The notes below the pieces were generated by a model, which was not told the DNA's origin, did no database searches, and worked only from the letters and a program-made list of their open reading frames with translations. Below are positions 36,836 to 45,402 of a DNA stretch of 58,214 bases, in pieces (positions within the stretch are counted from its first letter, which is position 1; every line of letters starts with the position of its first letter). The stretch is from Gemmatimonadota bacterium (lineage in GTDB: Bacteria; Gemmatimonadota; Gemmatimonadetes; Palauibacterales; KS3-K002). The position numbers were made by a program, and so were the translations under genes. The stretch is from assembly GCA_039588075.1 (NCBI GenBank), contig JBDHAL010000011.1, positions 1-58,214 on the forward strand, given 5' to 3'.

Positions 36836-38130
36836 TGGTGGAAACGAGTCATAGCGAAGCAGCCGACGTGAGAGAGCGCGAGATCCTGGGCCGCGTTCCC
36901 GGCCGAATCTCCGGTGGGGTCGTCACGACGCTGGGAACGCTATCGGCGCTCGGGATCGTCGGCTTCATCGCGGGTCTCGCCGCGGACCCGCAGCGGGTCT
37001 GGCAGGCCTACCTGGTCAACTTCCTCTTCTTCTCCGGGCTCGCTGCGGCGGGCGTGCTGTTCGGCGCCGCCATGCAGCTGGCCAAGGGGCACTGGGGCAA
37101 GTCGATGCACAGGATCGGCCAAGGGTTCGGCGCGTTCTTGCCGGCATCGTACCTGTTCTTCTTGCTCCTCTACCTGGGGAGGGCCAGGATCTTCCCCTGG
37201 ATCGGCAACCCGGTGAACTCCGAGGGTCACCCGCTCCCAACGGTTTGGTACAACGTGGGCGGTCTCTTTGCCAGGGGCGCGATCTTTCTGGGCGTGCTCT
37301 ACGCGCTTTGCCTCGCGTTCATGTATTACTCGTTGCGCCCCGACATGCCCGCCGTCGCCGGCCGCCTCAGCGGCTGGCGCCGCAGCCTGGTGGATTGGAT
37401 TGGGCGCGATTTCGGGACCGTGGATACGGAGGCGGCCCGTTCCCGGCGCGTTTTGGCCCGACTCTCGCCGATCCTCGCCCTGAGCTACACCGTCATCTTG
37501 AGCGGCATGGCCGTCGACCTGATCATGTCGCTCGAGCCGGGCTGGCTATCGGCGCTGTATCCCGCCTACTTCTTCATCGGGGCCTGGCTCTCGGCGCTGG
37601 CCGGAATGGCCGTGATGGCGGCGCTGTTGCGCAAGCGCGCCGGCCTCGACTTCTTCGCCTCCAACCAGTGGCACGACCTGGGCAAGCTGGTCTTCGCGTT
37701 TTGCATCTTTTGGGCCTACCTCTGGTTCTCCCAGTACTTGCCCATCTGGTACGGCAACCTGGGACGCGAGACGCTCTTCATCGAGGCCCGCATGGATCCG
37801 CCCTGGCTGGGAACGTCCATCGCCCTCTTCGCCTTCGTCTTCGTCTTTCCGTTCCTGCTACTGTTGTGGCAGAAGGTCAAGATGGCCCCGTCTTACCTGG
37901 CGGCGGTGTCCGGCCTGGTGCTGCTGGGACTCTGGCTGGAGCGCTTTAACGCGGTCGTTCCGTCGATCTGGACCGGCGCCGGCGTACCGCTGGGATGGAT
38001 CGAGATCCTCGTGACTCTCGGGTTCCTCGGCGCTTTCGGCTTCTGCTACGCTCTCTACGCCTCGACCTTCCCGATGGTCCCGCTGCGTGACAGCATTATC
38101 GTTGGGTCGGCGCGGAAGGGACCGTACTAG
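36835..38130 (+). CDS. actF: Alternative Complex III subunit ActF (NrfD-like membrane subunit)
   Basis: 431-aa polytopic protein paralogous in layout to ActC. It is the last gene of the operon and overlaps the actE stop by 1 nt. Confidence 0.8.
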   Translation: MVETSHSEAADVREREILGRVPGRISGGVVTTLGTLSALGIVGFIAGLAADPQRVWQAYLVNFLFFSGLAAAGVLFGAAMQLAKGHWGKSMHRIGQGFGAFLPASYLFFLLLYLGRARIFPWIGNPVNSEGHPLPTVWYNVGGLFARGAIFLGVLYALCLAFMYYSLRPDMPAVAGRLSGWRRSLVDWIGRDFGTVDTEAARSRRVLARLSPILALSYTVILSGMAVDLIMSLEPGWLSALYPAYFFIGAWLSALAGMAVMAALLRKRAGLDFFASNQWHDLGKLVFAFCIFWAYLWFSQYLPIWYGNLGRETLFIEARMDPPWLGTSIALFAFVFVFPFLLLLWQKVKMAPSYLAAVSGLVLLGLWLERFNAVVPSIWTGAGVPLGWIEILVTLGFLGAFGFCYALYASTFPMVPLRDSIIVGSARKGPY

Positions 38131-38131
38131 T

Positions 38132-38166
38132 CGGTAACCGGTAACCGGTAATCGGTGACCGGTAAC
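38132..38166. repeat. family-B heptamer array
   Basis: CGGTAACCGGTAACCGGTAATCGGTGACCGGTAAC, beginning 2 nt after the actF stop. Confidence 0.7.
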
Positions 38167-38197
38167 ACAAGTAATTCAACCATAATCCTAGGTCGAC

Positions 38198-38255
38198 CGT
38201 CGAGCGAAGAGTCCAACTCGACGATCGAGTGACGGCTGACCGCTGTCCGATGTCG
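38198..38255. repeat. family-A element, solo right half
   Basis: CGTCGAGCGAAGAGTCCAACTCGACGATCGAGTGACGGCTGACCGCTGTCCGATGTCG. There is no left arm upstream. The position where a left arm would be is occupied by the heptamer array. Confidence 0.7.
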
Positions 38256-38278
38256 CGCCGAACGTCGCCCCACCTGAT

Positions 38279-38653
38279 TCAGGCGATCAGAGCTTCCAGG
38301 GCTGGATCGGCCGGCGTTGTCCAGACCTTCCGATAGGCGAGCAAAACGATCAGCGAATAGAGGTTGGCGAGGGCGAAGGGTGCTCCCAGGAGGGTGGGCC
38401 AGCGGGGGACGTAATAGGCCGCGGCGATTAGCAGGGCTAGGTGGGCGAGCGTTCCGAGCAGCCAGGCGGCGCGGCTTCCGTGGACTTGTTTCCAAACGTA
38501 GGTGACGAGCAGGCCGGAGAGGGCCAGGAGGCCGAACCCCCAGGAGAGGATGAGGCCCGGTACCAGGAAGAACATCCCGGCAAAGCCGATGGGCACGGCG
38601 AGCACGGCCCAAAGGGCGTAGTGGATATCTACCAGTGGATAGGAACGGTTCAT
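38279..38653 (-). CDS. small hydrophobic membrane protein (124 aa, about 4 TM)
   Basis: The Met at 38653 has SD AGGAGAG about 11 nt upstream. MNRSYPLVDIHYALWAVLAVPIGFAGMFFLVPGLILSWGFGLLALSGLLV... The longer track ORF (to 38899) would overlap the metH 3' end. Confidence 0.55.
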   Translation of the reverse strand: MNRSYPLVDIHYALWAVLAVPIGFAGMFFLVPGLILSWGFGLLALSGLLVTYVWKQVHGSRAAWLLGTLAHLALLIAAAYYVPRWPTLLGAPFALANLYSLIVLLAYRKVWTTPADPALEALIA

Positions 38654-38727
38654 CGGGCGGAATTCTCTCCTGTTCAGCTCGTCTCGAGGTCGCACCAGCT
38701 TACTCGACGCCAGGGAATGAGGCAAGT

Positions 38728-41700
38728 TCAGACGGAGAAGTACCTGGCAGCAGGATGATGAACGACCAACGCCGCCGTGGCGAGCTCGGGGATCAGCGCG
38801 CCGGCTTCCGTAAGCTCCATGCCGAGTCGTTCCCGTGCCGGGAGCAACTCGAATACGATGCCGTGCTGCCGGTGGTCCGGGCAGGCGCCGTAGCCCCACG
38901 AGTAACGAAGTCCGCGTTCCGGCTCGACCCCCAACTCCTCCCGAATTCGGCTGTGCACGTACTCGGCCCCCGCCTCCGCCAGCCGAACGCCGAAGCCGTG
39001 CAGGTAGTATCCCTCCGCGTAGTCGCCCGACTTCATCAGCGCGTCCGACTTCTCCAGGATCGCGTCGCCGACGGTGACGATCTGGAACGCGACCACGTCC
39101 CGACCGCCGCCGGCGGCGGGCAGGAAATAGTCGGTAAGAGATAGCTTGTCATAGTCCGCCTGCCTCGGGAAGTCGAAGCGCGCGATCTCTCGCTCGCCGT
39201 CGGCCGGGTCATAGACGACGAGCGCGTCTGCGTCGGCGGTCGCCGGGAAGAAGCCGTAGGCCGCCTGCGGTCGTAGCCAGCCGCCGGCGAGCGTCTCCTG
39301 CTTGTAGCGTTCCAGTCTTGGTTCGAACTCGTCCTTCTGTAACTGCTCCCACTTCGCGCCCTTGGCATTCTTCGCGCCCCAATGCAGCCGATAGAGCGTG
39401 TTCAGGTCGATGAGCGGGAAGAGATCTGCCAGCGGCAACCGATCCAGCACCTTGACGCCCCAGAACGCGGGCTCGGGGATCTCCACGTCACGGGAGGGTC
39501 CGCCCTTGCCGCCGACCCCGGCGCGCGCCGCGCGCGCCTTTTCCTGGAGCGCCTCGCGCTTCACGATCCCTTCGCGGATCTCCCGGTGCCGGGCGCGCAC
39601 GTAATCTTCTCGACCGTCCTCGTCCCTGAGGGCGTCGACCGCGGCGAGGCCCGCGAACGCGTCCTTGCAGTAGAAGAGCCCCGGCGGATAGACGGTTTCT
39701 TTCGAGTCATCGACGAATGCCGCGTTGCGAACGAACGACGGGTTGATCGCCGCGCCACCCACCAGCACCGGATAGTCGAGCTCGCGGGTGTAAAGCTCCT
39801 GAACGCAGAGAGGCATCTGCTTCGATGTGGATACCAGAAGCGCTGATAGGCCTATGGCATCGGCGCCGACCTCCTGAGCCTTGTCGATGATCGTGTTGAC
39901 CGGGACCTGTTTCCCGAGATCGTGCACGGTGTAACCGTTGTTACTCAGGATGGTGCCGACGAGGTTCTTGCCGATATCGTGCACGTCGCCGAACACGGTT
40001 GCCAGCACGACCACGCCCTTCGTCTGGCCCTCGACCTGATCGAGGTAGCTCTCGAGGCGCGCGACGGCCTTCTTCATCACTTCGGCCGATTGCAGCACGA
40101 ACGGCAAGATGAGCTCACCCGTACCGAACTTGTCGCCCACCTCCTTCATCGCGGGAAGCAGCACGTTGTTCAGAACCCATACCGCCGCATCGTTGTCGCC
40201 GCCCCGCTCCTCGATCGCCGTATCGACCAGGCCCTCGATCCCCTCCTTCACCCGGTGGAGGATCATCCAGTGGATCACCTCCTCGCAGGTCATATCGGCG
40301 GTGGGATCGACTTGCTCCGCTTCCTCCGCCTCGTGTTCCTGGAAGTAGGCGATATAGCGTTCCAGCGAGTCCTCGCGCCGGTCGAAGATCAAGTCGTCGG
40401 CCAACCCGCGCTGTTCCTGGTCCACTTCCGCGTAAGGAACGATGTGGGCGGCGTTGACGATGGCCATGTCGAGACCCGCCTCCACGCAGTGGTGGAGGAA
40501 GACCGAGTTCAGCACGGCGCGTGCGTGCGGCTGGAGGCCGAACGACACATTGGAAACGCCAAGGCTGGTGAAGACGCCGGGCAGCTCCTGCTTGATCCTG
40601 CGAATCCCATCTATGGTCTCGACCGCCGACCGCCTGAACTCCTCATCGCCCGTTGCTAGAGTGAAAGTCAGGTCGTCGAAGATGAGGTCCTGCGATCGCA
40701 GGCCGTAATCGTTGACGCAGATGTCGTGGATCCGCCTGGCGATCTCCGCCTTGCGGTCCGCCGTCTTGGCCATCCCCTCTTCATCGATGGTGAGAGCGAT
40801 GACCGCCGCTCCGTGCTCGACCGCATGCGGGACCACCGAATCGATCCGGGCGCGACCGTTCTCCAGGTTGATGGAGTTGATCACGCCGCGGCCCGGGTTC
40901 CGCTTCAGGGCCGCCTCCACCACTTCCACTTCGGTCGAATCGATGACCAGTGGCGTGGGGACTCCCTGGGCGAGCAGCTTGACCAGCGTGCTGGTCTGTT
41001 CCGCTTCGTCCTGCCGCTCTGTCAGGGCCGTGCAGACATCGAGCAGGTGAGCGCCGCCCTCGACCTGGTCGCGCGCGATGCTGAGGATCTCGTCGTACCG
41101 ATCATCGAGAAGCAGTTGTTTCACCTTCCGCGAGCCCTGGCTGTTGACCCGCTCGCCGATGAGCGACGGCGCGGGATTCTGCGCGATGTCGTAGGCCTCC
41201 ATGGCGCTGGAGACTCGAGGCACGCTAACGACTTCTCGCCGCAGCGGTTCGACGCCCCAGACCCGCTCCACCACCCGCTCCATGTGCTCCGGCGTCGTAC
41301 CGCAGCAGCCGCCGACGATACTGACGCCGAATTTCCTCACGAACTCGTCGTGCGCGTCAGCTAGCGCTTCGGGCGTGAGCCCGTAGACGGCGACACCGTC
41401 CACGTTGTGCGGAATCCCGGCGTTTGGAACCACGCTGACCGGCAGGCGCGTACTGTCGCACAGGTAGCGAATCGGCTCGCGCATGTGCTTCGGGCCGGTG
41501 GAGCAGTTGAGGCCGATGACATCGATTCGCAGCGCCTCGAGCGTGACGAGCGCCGCCTCGATGTTGGTGCCCAGCAGCATGCGACCGGCGGTGTCCAGCG
41601 TGGGCTGGACCTGCACCGGGATCCAGGCGCCGGCCTCGCGCAGGGCGTTTCTGACTCCGGTGATTGCCGCCTTCAGCTCGAGGATGTCCTGCCCCGTCTC

Positions 41701-42195
41701 GATCAGAAGAACATCCGCACCGCCGGCGGCCAGTCCCTTCGCCTGCTCGCAGAAAACATCGACCAGCTCGTCGTAGGTGATGTTTCCGAGCGCCGGATCC
41801 GAGGTGCTGGGCAGATAGCCCGACGGGCCGATACTGCCGGCGACGAAACGGGGCCGGTCGGGCGTCGAGAAATCGTCGGCGACGTTTCTGGCGATCTCCG
41901 CCGCCGCCCGGTTGAGCTCGATGATCTTATCGCCGAGTCCGTACTCGGCGAGGCTCAGACGGTTGGCGCGGAAGCTGTCGGTCTCGATGACATCGCAGCC
42001 GACCTCCAGGAAGGAGGCGTGGATATCGTGAATGACTCCGGGGCGCGAAAGGACGAGGTAATCGTTGCAGCCCTCGAGTTCGGGGCCGCCGAAATCATCG
42101 GCCGACAGCTCGAGCGACTGCACACTCGTGCCCATCGCCCCGTCGAAAACGAGGACGCGCTGTTTCAGGACGTCGAGGTAGCGGCTCTCACCCAT
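38728..42195 (-). CDS. metH: cobalamin-dependent methionine synthase
   Basis: 1155 aa. It has the Hcy S-methyltransferase N-terminus (VLVFDGAMGT...GGCCGTTPEH), a pterin-binding domain, a B12-binding domain (TVFGDVHDIGKNLV) and the C-terminal AdoMet-activation domain. Confidence 0.95.
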   Translation of the reverse strand: MGESRYLDVLKQRVLVFDGAMGTSVQSLELSADDFGGPELEGCNDYLVLSRPGVIHDIHASFLEVGCDVIETDSFRANRLSLAEYGLGDKIIELNRAAAEIARNVADDFSTPDRPRFVAGSIGPSGYLPSTSDPALGNITYDELVDVFCEQAKGLAAGGADVLLIETGQDILELKAAITGVRNALREAGAWIPVQVQPTLDTAGRMLLGTNIEAALVTLEALRIDVIGLNCSTGPKHMREPIRYLCDSTRLPVSVVPNAGIPHNVDGVAVYGLTPEALADAHDEFVRKFGVSIVGGCCGTTPEHMERVVERVWGVEPLRREVVSVPRVSSAMEAYDIAQNPAPSLIGERVNSQGSRKVKQLLLDDRYDEILSIARDQVEGGAHLLDVCTALTERQDEAEQTSTLVKLLAQGVPTPLVIDSTEVEVVEAALKRNPGRGVINSINLENGRARIDSVVPHAVEHGAAVIALTIDEEGMAKTADRKAEIARRIHDICVNDYGLRSQDLIFDDLTFTLATGDEEFRRSAVETIDGIRRIKQELPGVFTSLGVSNVSFGLQPHARAVLNSVFLHHCVEAGLDMAIVNAAHIVPYAEVDQEQRGLADDLIFDRREDSLERYIAYFQEHEAEEAEQVDPTADMTCEEVIHWMILHRVKEGIEGLVDTAIEERGGDNDAAVWVLNNVLLPAMKEVGDKFGTGELILPFVLQSAEVMKKAVARLESYLDQVEGQTKGVVVLATVFGDVHDIGKNLVGTILSNNGYTVHDLGKQVPVNTIIDKAQEVGADAIGLSALLVSTSKQMPLCVQELYTRELDYPVLVGGAAINPSFVRNAAFVDDSKETVYPPGLFYCKDAFAGLAAVDALRDEDGREDYVRARHREIREGIVKREALQEKARAARAGVGGKGGPSRDVEIPEPAFWGVKVLDRLPLADLFPLIDLNTLYRLHWGAKNAKGAKWEQLQKDEFEPRLERYKQETLAGGWLRPQAAYGFFPATADADALVVYDPADGEREIARFDFPRQADYDKLSLTDYFLPAAGGGRDVVAFQIVTVGDAILEKSDALMKSGDYAEGYYLHGFGVRLAEAGAEYVHSRIREELGVEPERGLRYSWGYGACPDHRQHGIVFELLPARERLGMELTEAGALIPELATAALVVHHPAARYFSV

Positions 42196-42200
42196 GGCCC

Positions 42201-42238
42201 AATAACAAAAGCCCCGGCTACGGTCTTCCGCGCGGGGC
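42201..42238 (-). terminator. terminator-like hairpin plus U-tract in the metH leader (candidate attenuator or riboswitch expression platform)
   Basis: The minus strand reads GCCCCGCGCGGAAGACCGTAGCCGGGGC followed by TTTTGTTATT. The U-tract ends 5 nt before the metH ATG. Confidence 0.4.
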
Positions 42239-42370
42239 GTCGAATCGGCTCGTCAGCGTATTCTGTCCCGGCACTTTAGACCTTTGTTTTGGCGGCACCG
42301 CTCCGGTGCCGCCCGGCGGTGGCAAGCGTCCACAAATCCGTCCGCCGGAATCACATCAATTGTCCCGCTC

Positions 42371-42400
42371 AAGTATCGCGCGTCGCCTGCGGCGGGTCAA
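42371..42400 (-). promoter_or_regulatory. candidate sigma70-type promoter for metH
   Basis: On the minus strand, TTGACC, an 18-nt spacer, then ATACTT. This would give a leader of about 170 nt. Confidence 0.3.
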
Positions 42401-42534
42401 GTGCGCCGGGCAGCGGGTCGCGATCTTGCAGCCGCGGTTGGCGAACAACGGGGCGATATGTATGTTGTGAGGCATCATGAGCGCCCTGGCGGCGCAGCCG
42501 CCCGCGCGCTACCGGATATCCCCCGCCGACACAG

Positions 42535-43167
42535 ATGAACGGGACTGGAGGGTTGATGATGAAGGCCATTATTCGCATGGCGTGCGGCATCCTGGTGTTG
42601 GCAATCGCTCCCGCAGCCTCCTTCGCGCAGGACGGGACGACGCCGTTCCTCATGATCCCCGAGACGCTGGCGCGCGGCCAGTCGGAGATCGGCGGCTACG
42701 TGTCCATCGAAGAGAACATCGACCTGTTCGGGATCTATAGGCGCGGCCTGTCCCCAGGCTTCGATGTCGGCCTGCGGCTCGGCTTCACCGACGCGGCGGG
42801 CGGCGGCGTCAACTTCGGCGGCGACGCGAGGTACATGATCTCCCATGGTTCTCAGGACCTGCCGCTGCAGTTCGCTCTGGTCGGTGACGCCCAGTTTTCC
42901 ATCCTGGACGGCGTGAACCTGTTCGCCGCGCCGGCCGGCGTCTCGATGGGCGCGATGCTGGAGCCCGAGGACCACCCGCTCTGGCTGTACGGCACTCCCT
43001 ACGTGATGTTCACCTGGGTGGATGTCGATGGTGTTGGATCGGATACCGATCTGGACATCGGCATCGAGCTGGGCGCCCAGCTGCTGCTCGGTGGGAAGCT
43101 CTGGCTGGCGACGGCGCTGACGATTCAGAATGATGTGGCGCTTGCGCTGGGGCTTTCATACCGCTGA
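42535..43167 (+). CDS. putative outer-membrane beta-barrel protein (210 aa)
   Basis: Signal peptide (MKAIIRMACGILVLAIAPAASFAQ). Alternating hydrophobic beta-strand pattern, Gly/Asp-rich loops, and a C-terminal strand ALALGLSYR. The start may be 42556 or 42559. Confidence 0.55.
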   Translation: MNGTGGLMMKAIIRMACGILVLAIAPAASFAQDGTTPFLMIPETLARGQSEIGGYVSIEENIDLFGIYRRGLSPGFDVGLRLGFTDAAGGGVNFGGDARYMISHGSQDLPLQFALVGDAQFSILDGVNLFAAPAGVSMGAMLEPEDHPLWLYGTPYVMFTWVDVDGVGSDTDLDIGIELGAQLLLGGKLWLATALTIQNDVALALGLSYR

Positions 43168-43204
43168 GGGTCGGACGCTGAACATCGGACTTTGAATCGC
43201 TGAA

Positions 43205-43399
43205 GTCGACAGCGGACAGCGGTCAGCCGTCGCTCGACGGCGGGCGATAGAGGCGATTATCGACGGCCGATGTTCGATCTACAGCGATCCGGCAACGGGA
43301 TTTCCGTGAGGAGAATCGAGAGTCCCAAATCGACGGTCGTACGTCGAGCGAAGAGTCCAACTCGATAATCGAGCGACGGCTGACCGCTGTCCGCTGTCG
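43205..43399. repeat. family-A element, copy 4
   Basis: Arms GTCGACAGCGGACAGCGGTCAGCCGTCGCTCGA and TCGAGCGACGGCTGACCGCTGTCCGCTGTCGC. An inner right repeat is present. It lies between convergent stops at 43167 and 43414. Confidence 0.8.
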
Positions 43400-43413
43400 C
43401 TTATAATATCAAA

Positions 43414-45351
43414 CTAAAATGCTTCTCTCATCGCAGTACGGATCACGTTGCCGACGTTCGGCGTGCCGGGCGGCAACAGCTCGGGGTTGCGGAAATCGGT
43501 GTCGAAGCCCCAATCGCGCTGCGGCGGATAGTAGTACGTGCCGTTCCAGGTGCCGGTCGTCTTCTGACTGGTGAACGGGCTGACCAGGGCACCGAGATAG
43601 TGGAAGATGATCCTGGTGCTGCCGCTCTTCCATCGCTCGAGGAAGCGCGGAAAGTTCTCGATGCCGCCGCCGTAGAAGTCGGCGTAGCCGCCGGCGCATG
43701 GGGGCACCTCGTGATCGCAGGGCGTCGGCCAGTGCCCGGCCAGAACCGCCCCGTTCACCGTCGTCTCCGACGCGGTCTCCATGTTCCAGGTCGGTACCCA
43801 GTCTTCGTAGCCGGAACATGGGCTGCCGGCCAGGACCATTCCGTCGCAGTCGTTGACGTCACTGTTCTTGGGCCGGTTCTCGTTATCCTTCCACCCCTCC
43901 GAGAGAATGGTCAGACCGTCTGAGGCCAGCGCCGCGGGCTGCTTCGGCGAGTCGTTATAGTCGCCCTCCACGTAGAGCGGCCAATCGGTCGCCACCGTCA
44001 TGGGATTGGGAAGCGTCGAGCCGCTCTTCAATCGCAGGGCGGGGTCGACCGTGGCATCCAGAGTCTCATCCTTGACGTCTTGCGGATAGGTGCTGACTCC
44101 GCCCGGGACCACGAACTCGACATAGATGACCGCGGTGGCCCGGCTCTCTTCCCCGTCGATCCAGTCGTCGAGCTGCTGGATGTCTATGGTCAGGACATCC
44201 TTCATCTCTTCTTCCCGACCATCGTAGAACGCCGCCCACTCCCATCTCATGATGTCGCAAAGCGCCGGCTTGTTGGGGACGGTGCTGCCGTCTCGCTCGA
44301 TCGTGATGTCCGGCCACCACTTGTTGCCGCCGAAATTGTCATCGGGGTCGTCTTCACCATCGTCGCAGACCATGCCCTTGCTTTTTAGGTTGACCAGGTC
44401 GACGGTCACGTAGGTGTCCGCGTTCCAGGCGAACTTCACCGACTTCTCGGCCGCGCCGTCGTCCAGGTCGCGGGGCCGGATGACCTCGTACGGCGGGACC
44501 CCTTCCGGCAGCGGGAGCCTTAGCGAGTCCACCTCGAAAGCATCGGTCTGCAGGCGGCAATCGAAATCGTCGCAGCTCCGCGTCTTGAACGCCTCGAAGT
44601 CGGGGATCGAGCGGCTGTCGAACTCGAGCCTGACTTCGTTGCCTTCGGCGTCGTTGATGAACACGCCCGTCTGGATGTCGTGATTGTCCTTGCGGTCGTT
44701 GAACACCTTGTTGGGCGTGGTGATCATCTCCCGGTACCAGGCGTTGGGCTCGCTGTCGTCATCGCCGCCGCCCGAGCTCAGGTAGATGTTGCTGTTCGAG
44801 TGAACCCGGCCCACGAACTCGAGCGGCGGCCCGTTGGTCGCTTCCAGGTCATCATCGAAGAACACGCCGAACTGGAAGATGGGGATCGCCTGGGCCTTGG
44901 CGTCGAGGATCACGCCGCCAATGCTCCCGTTGGGATCCTCCGCCAGCGAAACGATCTCCACGTCCTGGGTTAGCGCGTACAACCCGCTGTACGGGCCGTC
45001 AGTGATCGTTTCCACGATCGGAGTGCCCTTCTTCATCACGGAGAAGCTGTCGTAGTTGAAGCCCTCCATCGTCGGCGCCTGCACGGCGGCCAGCTCGGCG
45101 TCTTCCAGCAGACCGTCCTGCAAAGCGAGCTTGATCTGGGCCAGCGCGACCTCGCCGCCGGCTTCCGCCGCATAGAAAGCCCGGCCTTCGTGGTATTCGA
45201 GGGCCGATGTCCGCACCGAGGCCATTACTGCTGTGACCATCGCGGCCACGACGGTACCGACCACCGCGAGAACGATGATGGTCGTGATCAGAGCCAGCCC
45301 GGAGCGGTCGCCCGGCCGCAGGGTCGATTTGCTAGACTTCAATACCGACAT
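43414..45351 (-). CDS. large PilX/GspK-like pilus tip-associated protein, cassette A (645 aa)
   Basis: The N-terminus ...GLALITTIIVLAVVGTVVAAMV...FYAAEAGGEVAL follows the PilX_N pattern. It is a paralogue of 47887-49812 along its whole length. Confidence 0.7.
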   Translation of the reverse strand: MSVLKSSKSTLRPGDRSGLALITTIIVLAVVGTVVAAMVTAVMASVRTSALEYHEGRAFYAAEAGGEVALAQIKLALQDGLLEDAELAAVQAPTMEGFNYDSFSVMKKGTPIVETITDGPYSGLYALTQDVEIVSLAEDPNGSIGGVILDAKAQAIPIFQFGVFFDDDLEATNGPPLEFVGRVHSNSNIYLSSGGGDDDSEPNAWYREMITTPNKVFNDRKDNHDIQTGVFINDAEGNEVRLEFDSRSIPDFEAFKTRSCDDFDCRLQTDAFEVDSLRLPLPEGVPPYEVIRPRDLDDGAAEKSVKFAWNADTYVTVDLVNLKSKGMVCDDGEDDPDDNFGGNKWWPDITIERDGSTVPNKPALCDIMRWEWAAFYDGREEEMKDVLTIDIQQLDDWIDGEESRATAVIYVEFVVPGGVSTYPQDVKDETLDATVDPALRLKSGSTLPNPMTVATDWPLYVEGDYNDSPKQPAALASDGLTILSEGWKDNENRPKNSDVNDCDGMVLAGSPCSGYEDWVPTWNMETASETTVNGAVLAGHWPTPCDHEVPPCAGGYADFYGGGIENFPRFLERWKSGSTRIIFHYLGALVSPFTSQKTTGTWNGTYYYPPQRDWGFDTDFRNPELLPPGTPNVGNVIRTAMREAF

Positions 45352-45402
45352 GTTTACTCTGCCTCAATTCCCGAGAAACGGCGGGCACTTTTGTGCTTCA
45401 AC

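Noticed and set aside
38654-38899. Longer version of the small membrane protein ORF (track 38279-38899)
   Set aside because: It would overlap the 3' end of metH in another frame. The internal Met at 38653 has a good SD, and the hydrophobic protein begins there.
42196-42400. Calling the metH leader a cobalamin or SAH riboswitch
   Set aside because: Only loose, partial resemblance to the consensus cores by eye. There is no convincing B12 box or SAH pseudoknot signature. It is left as an unclassified candidate pending a covariance-model search.
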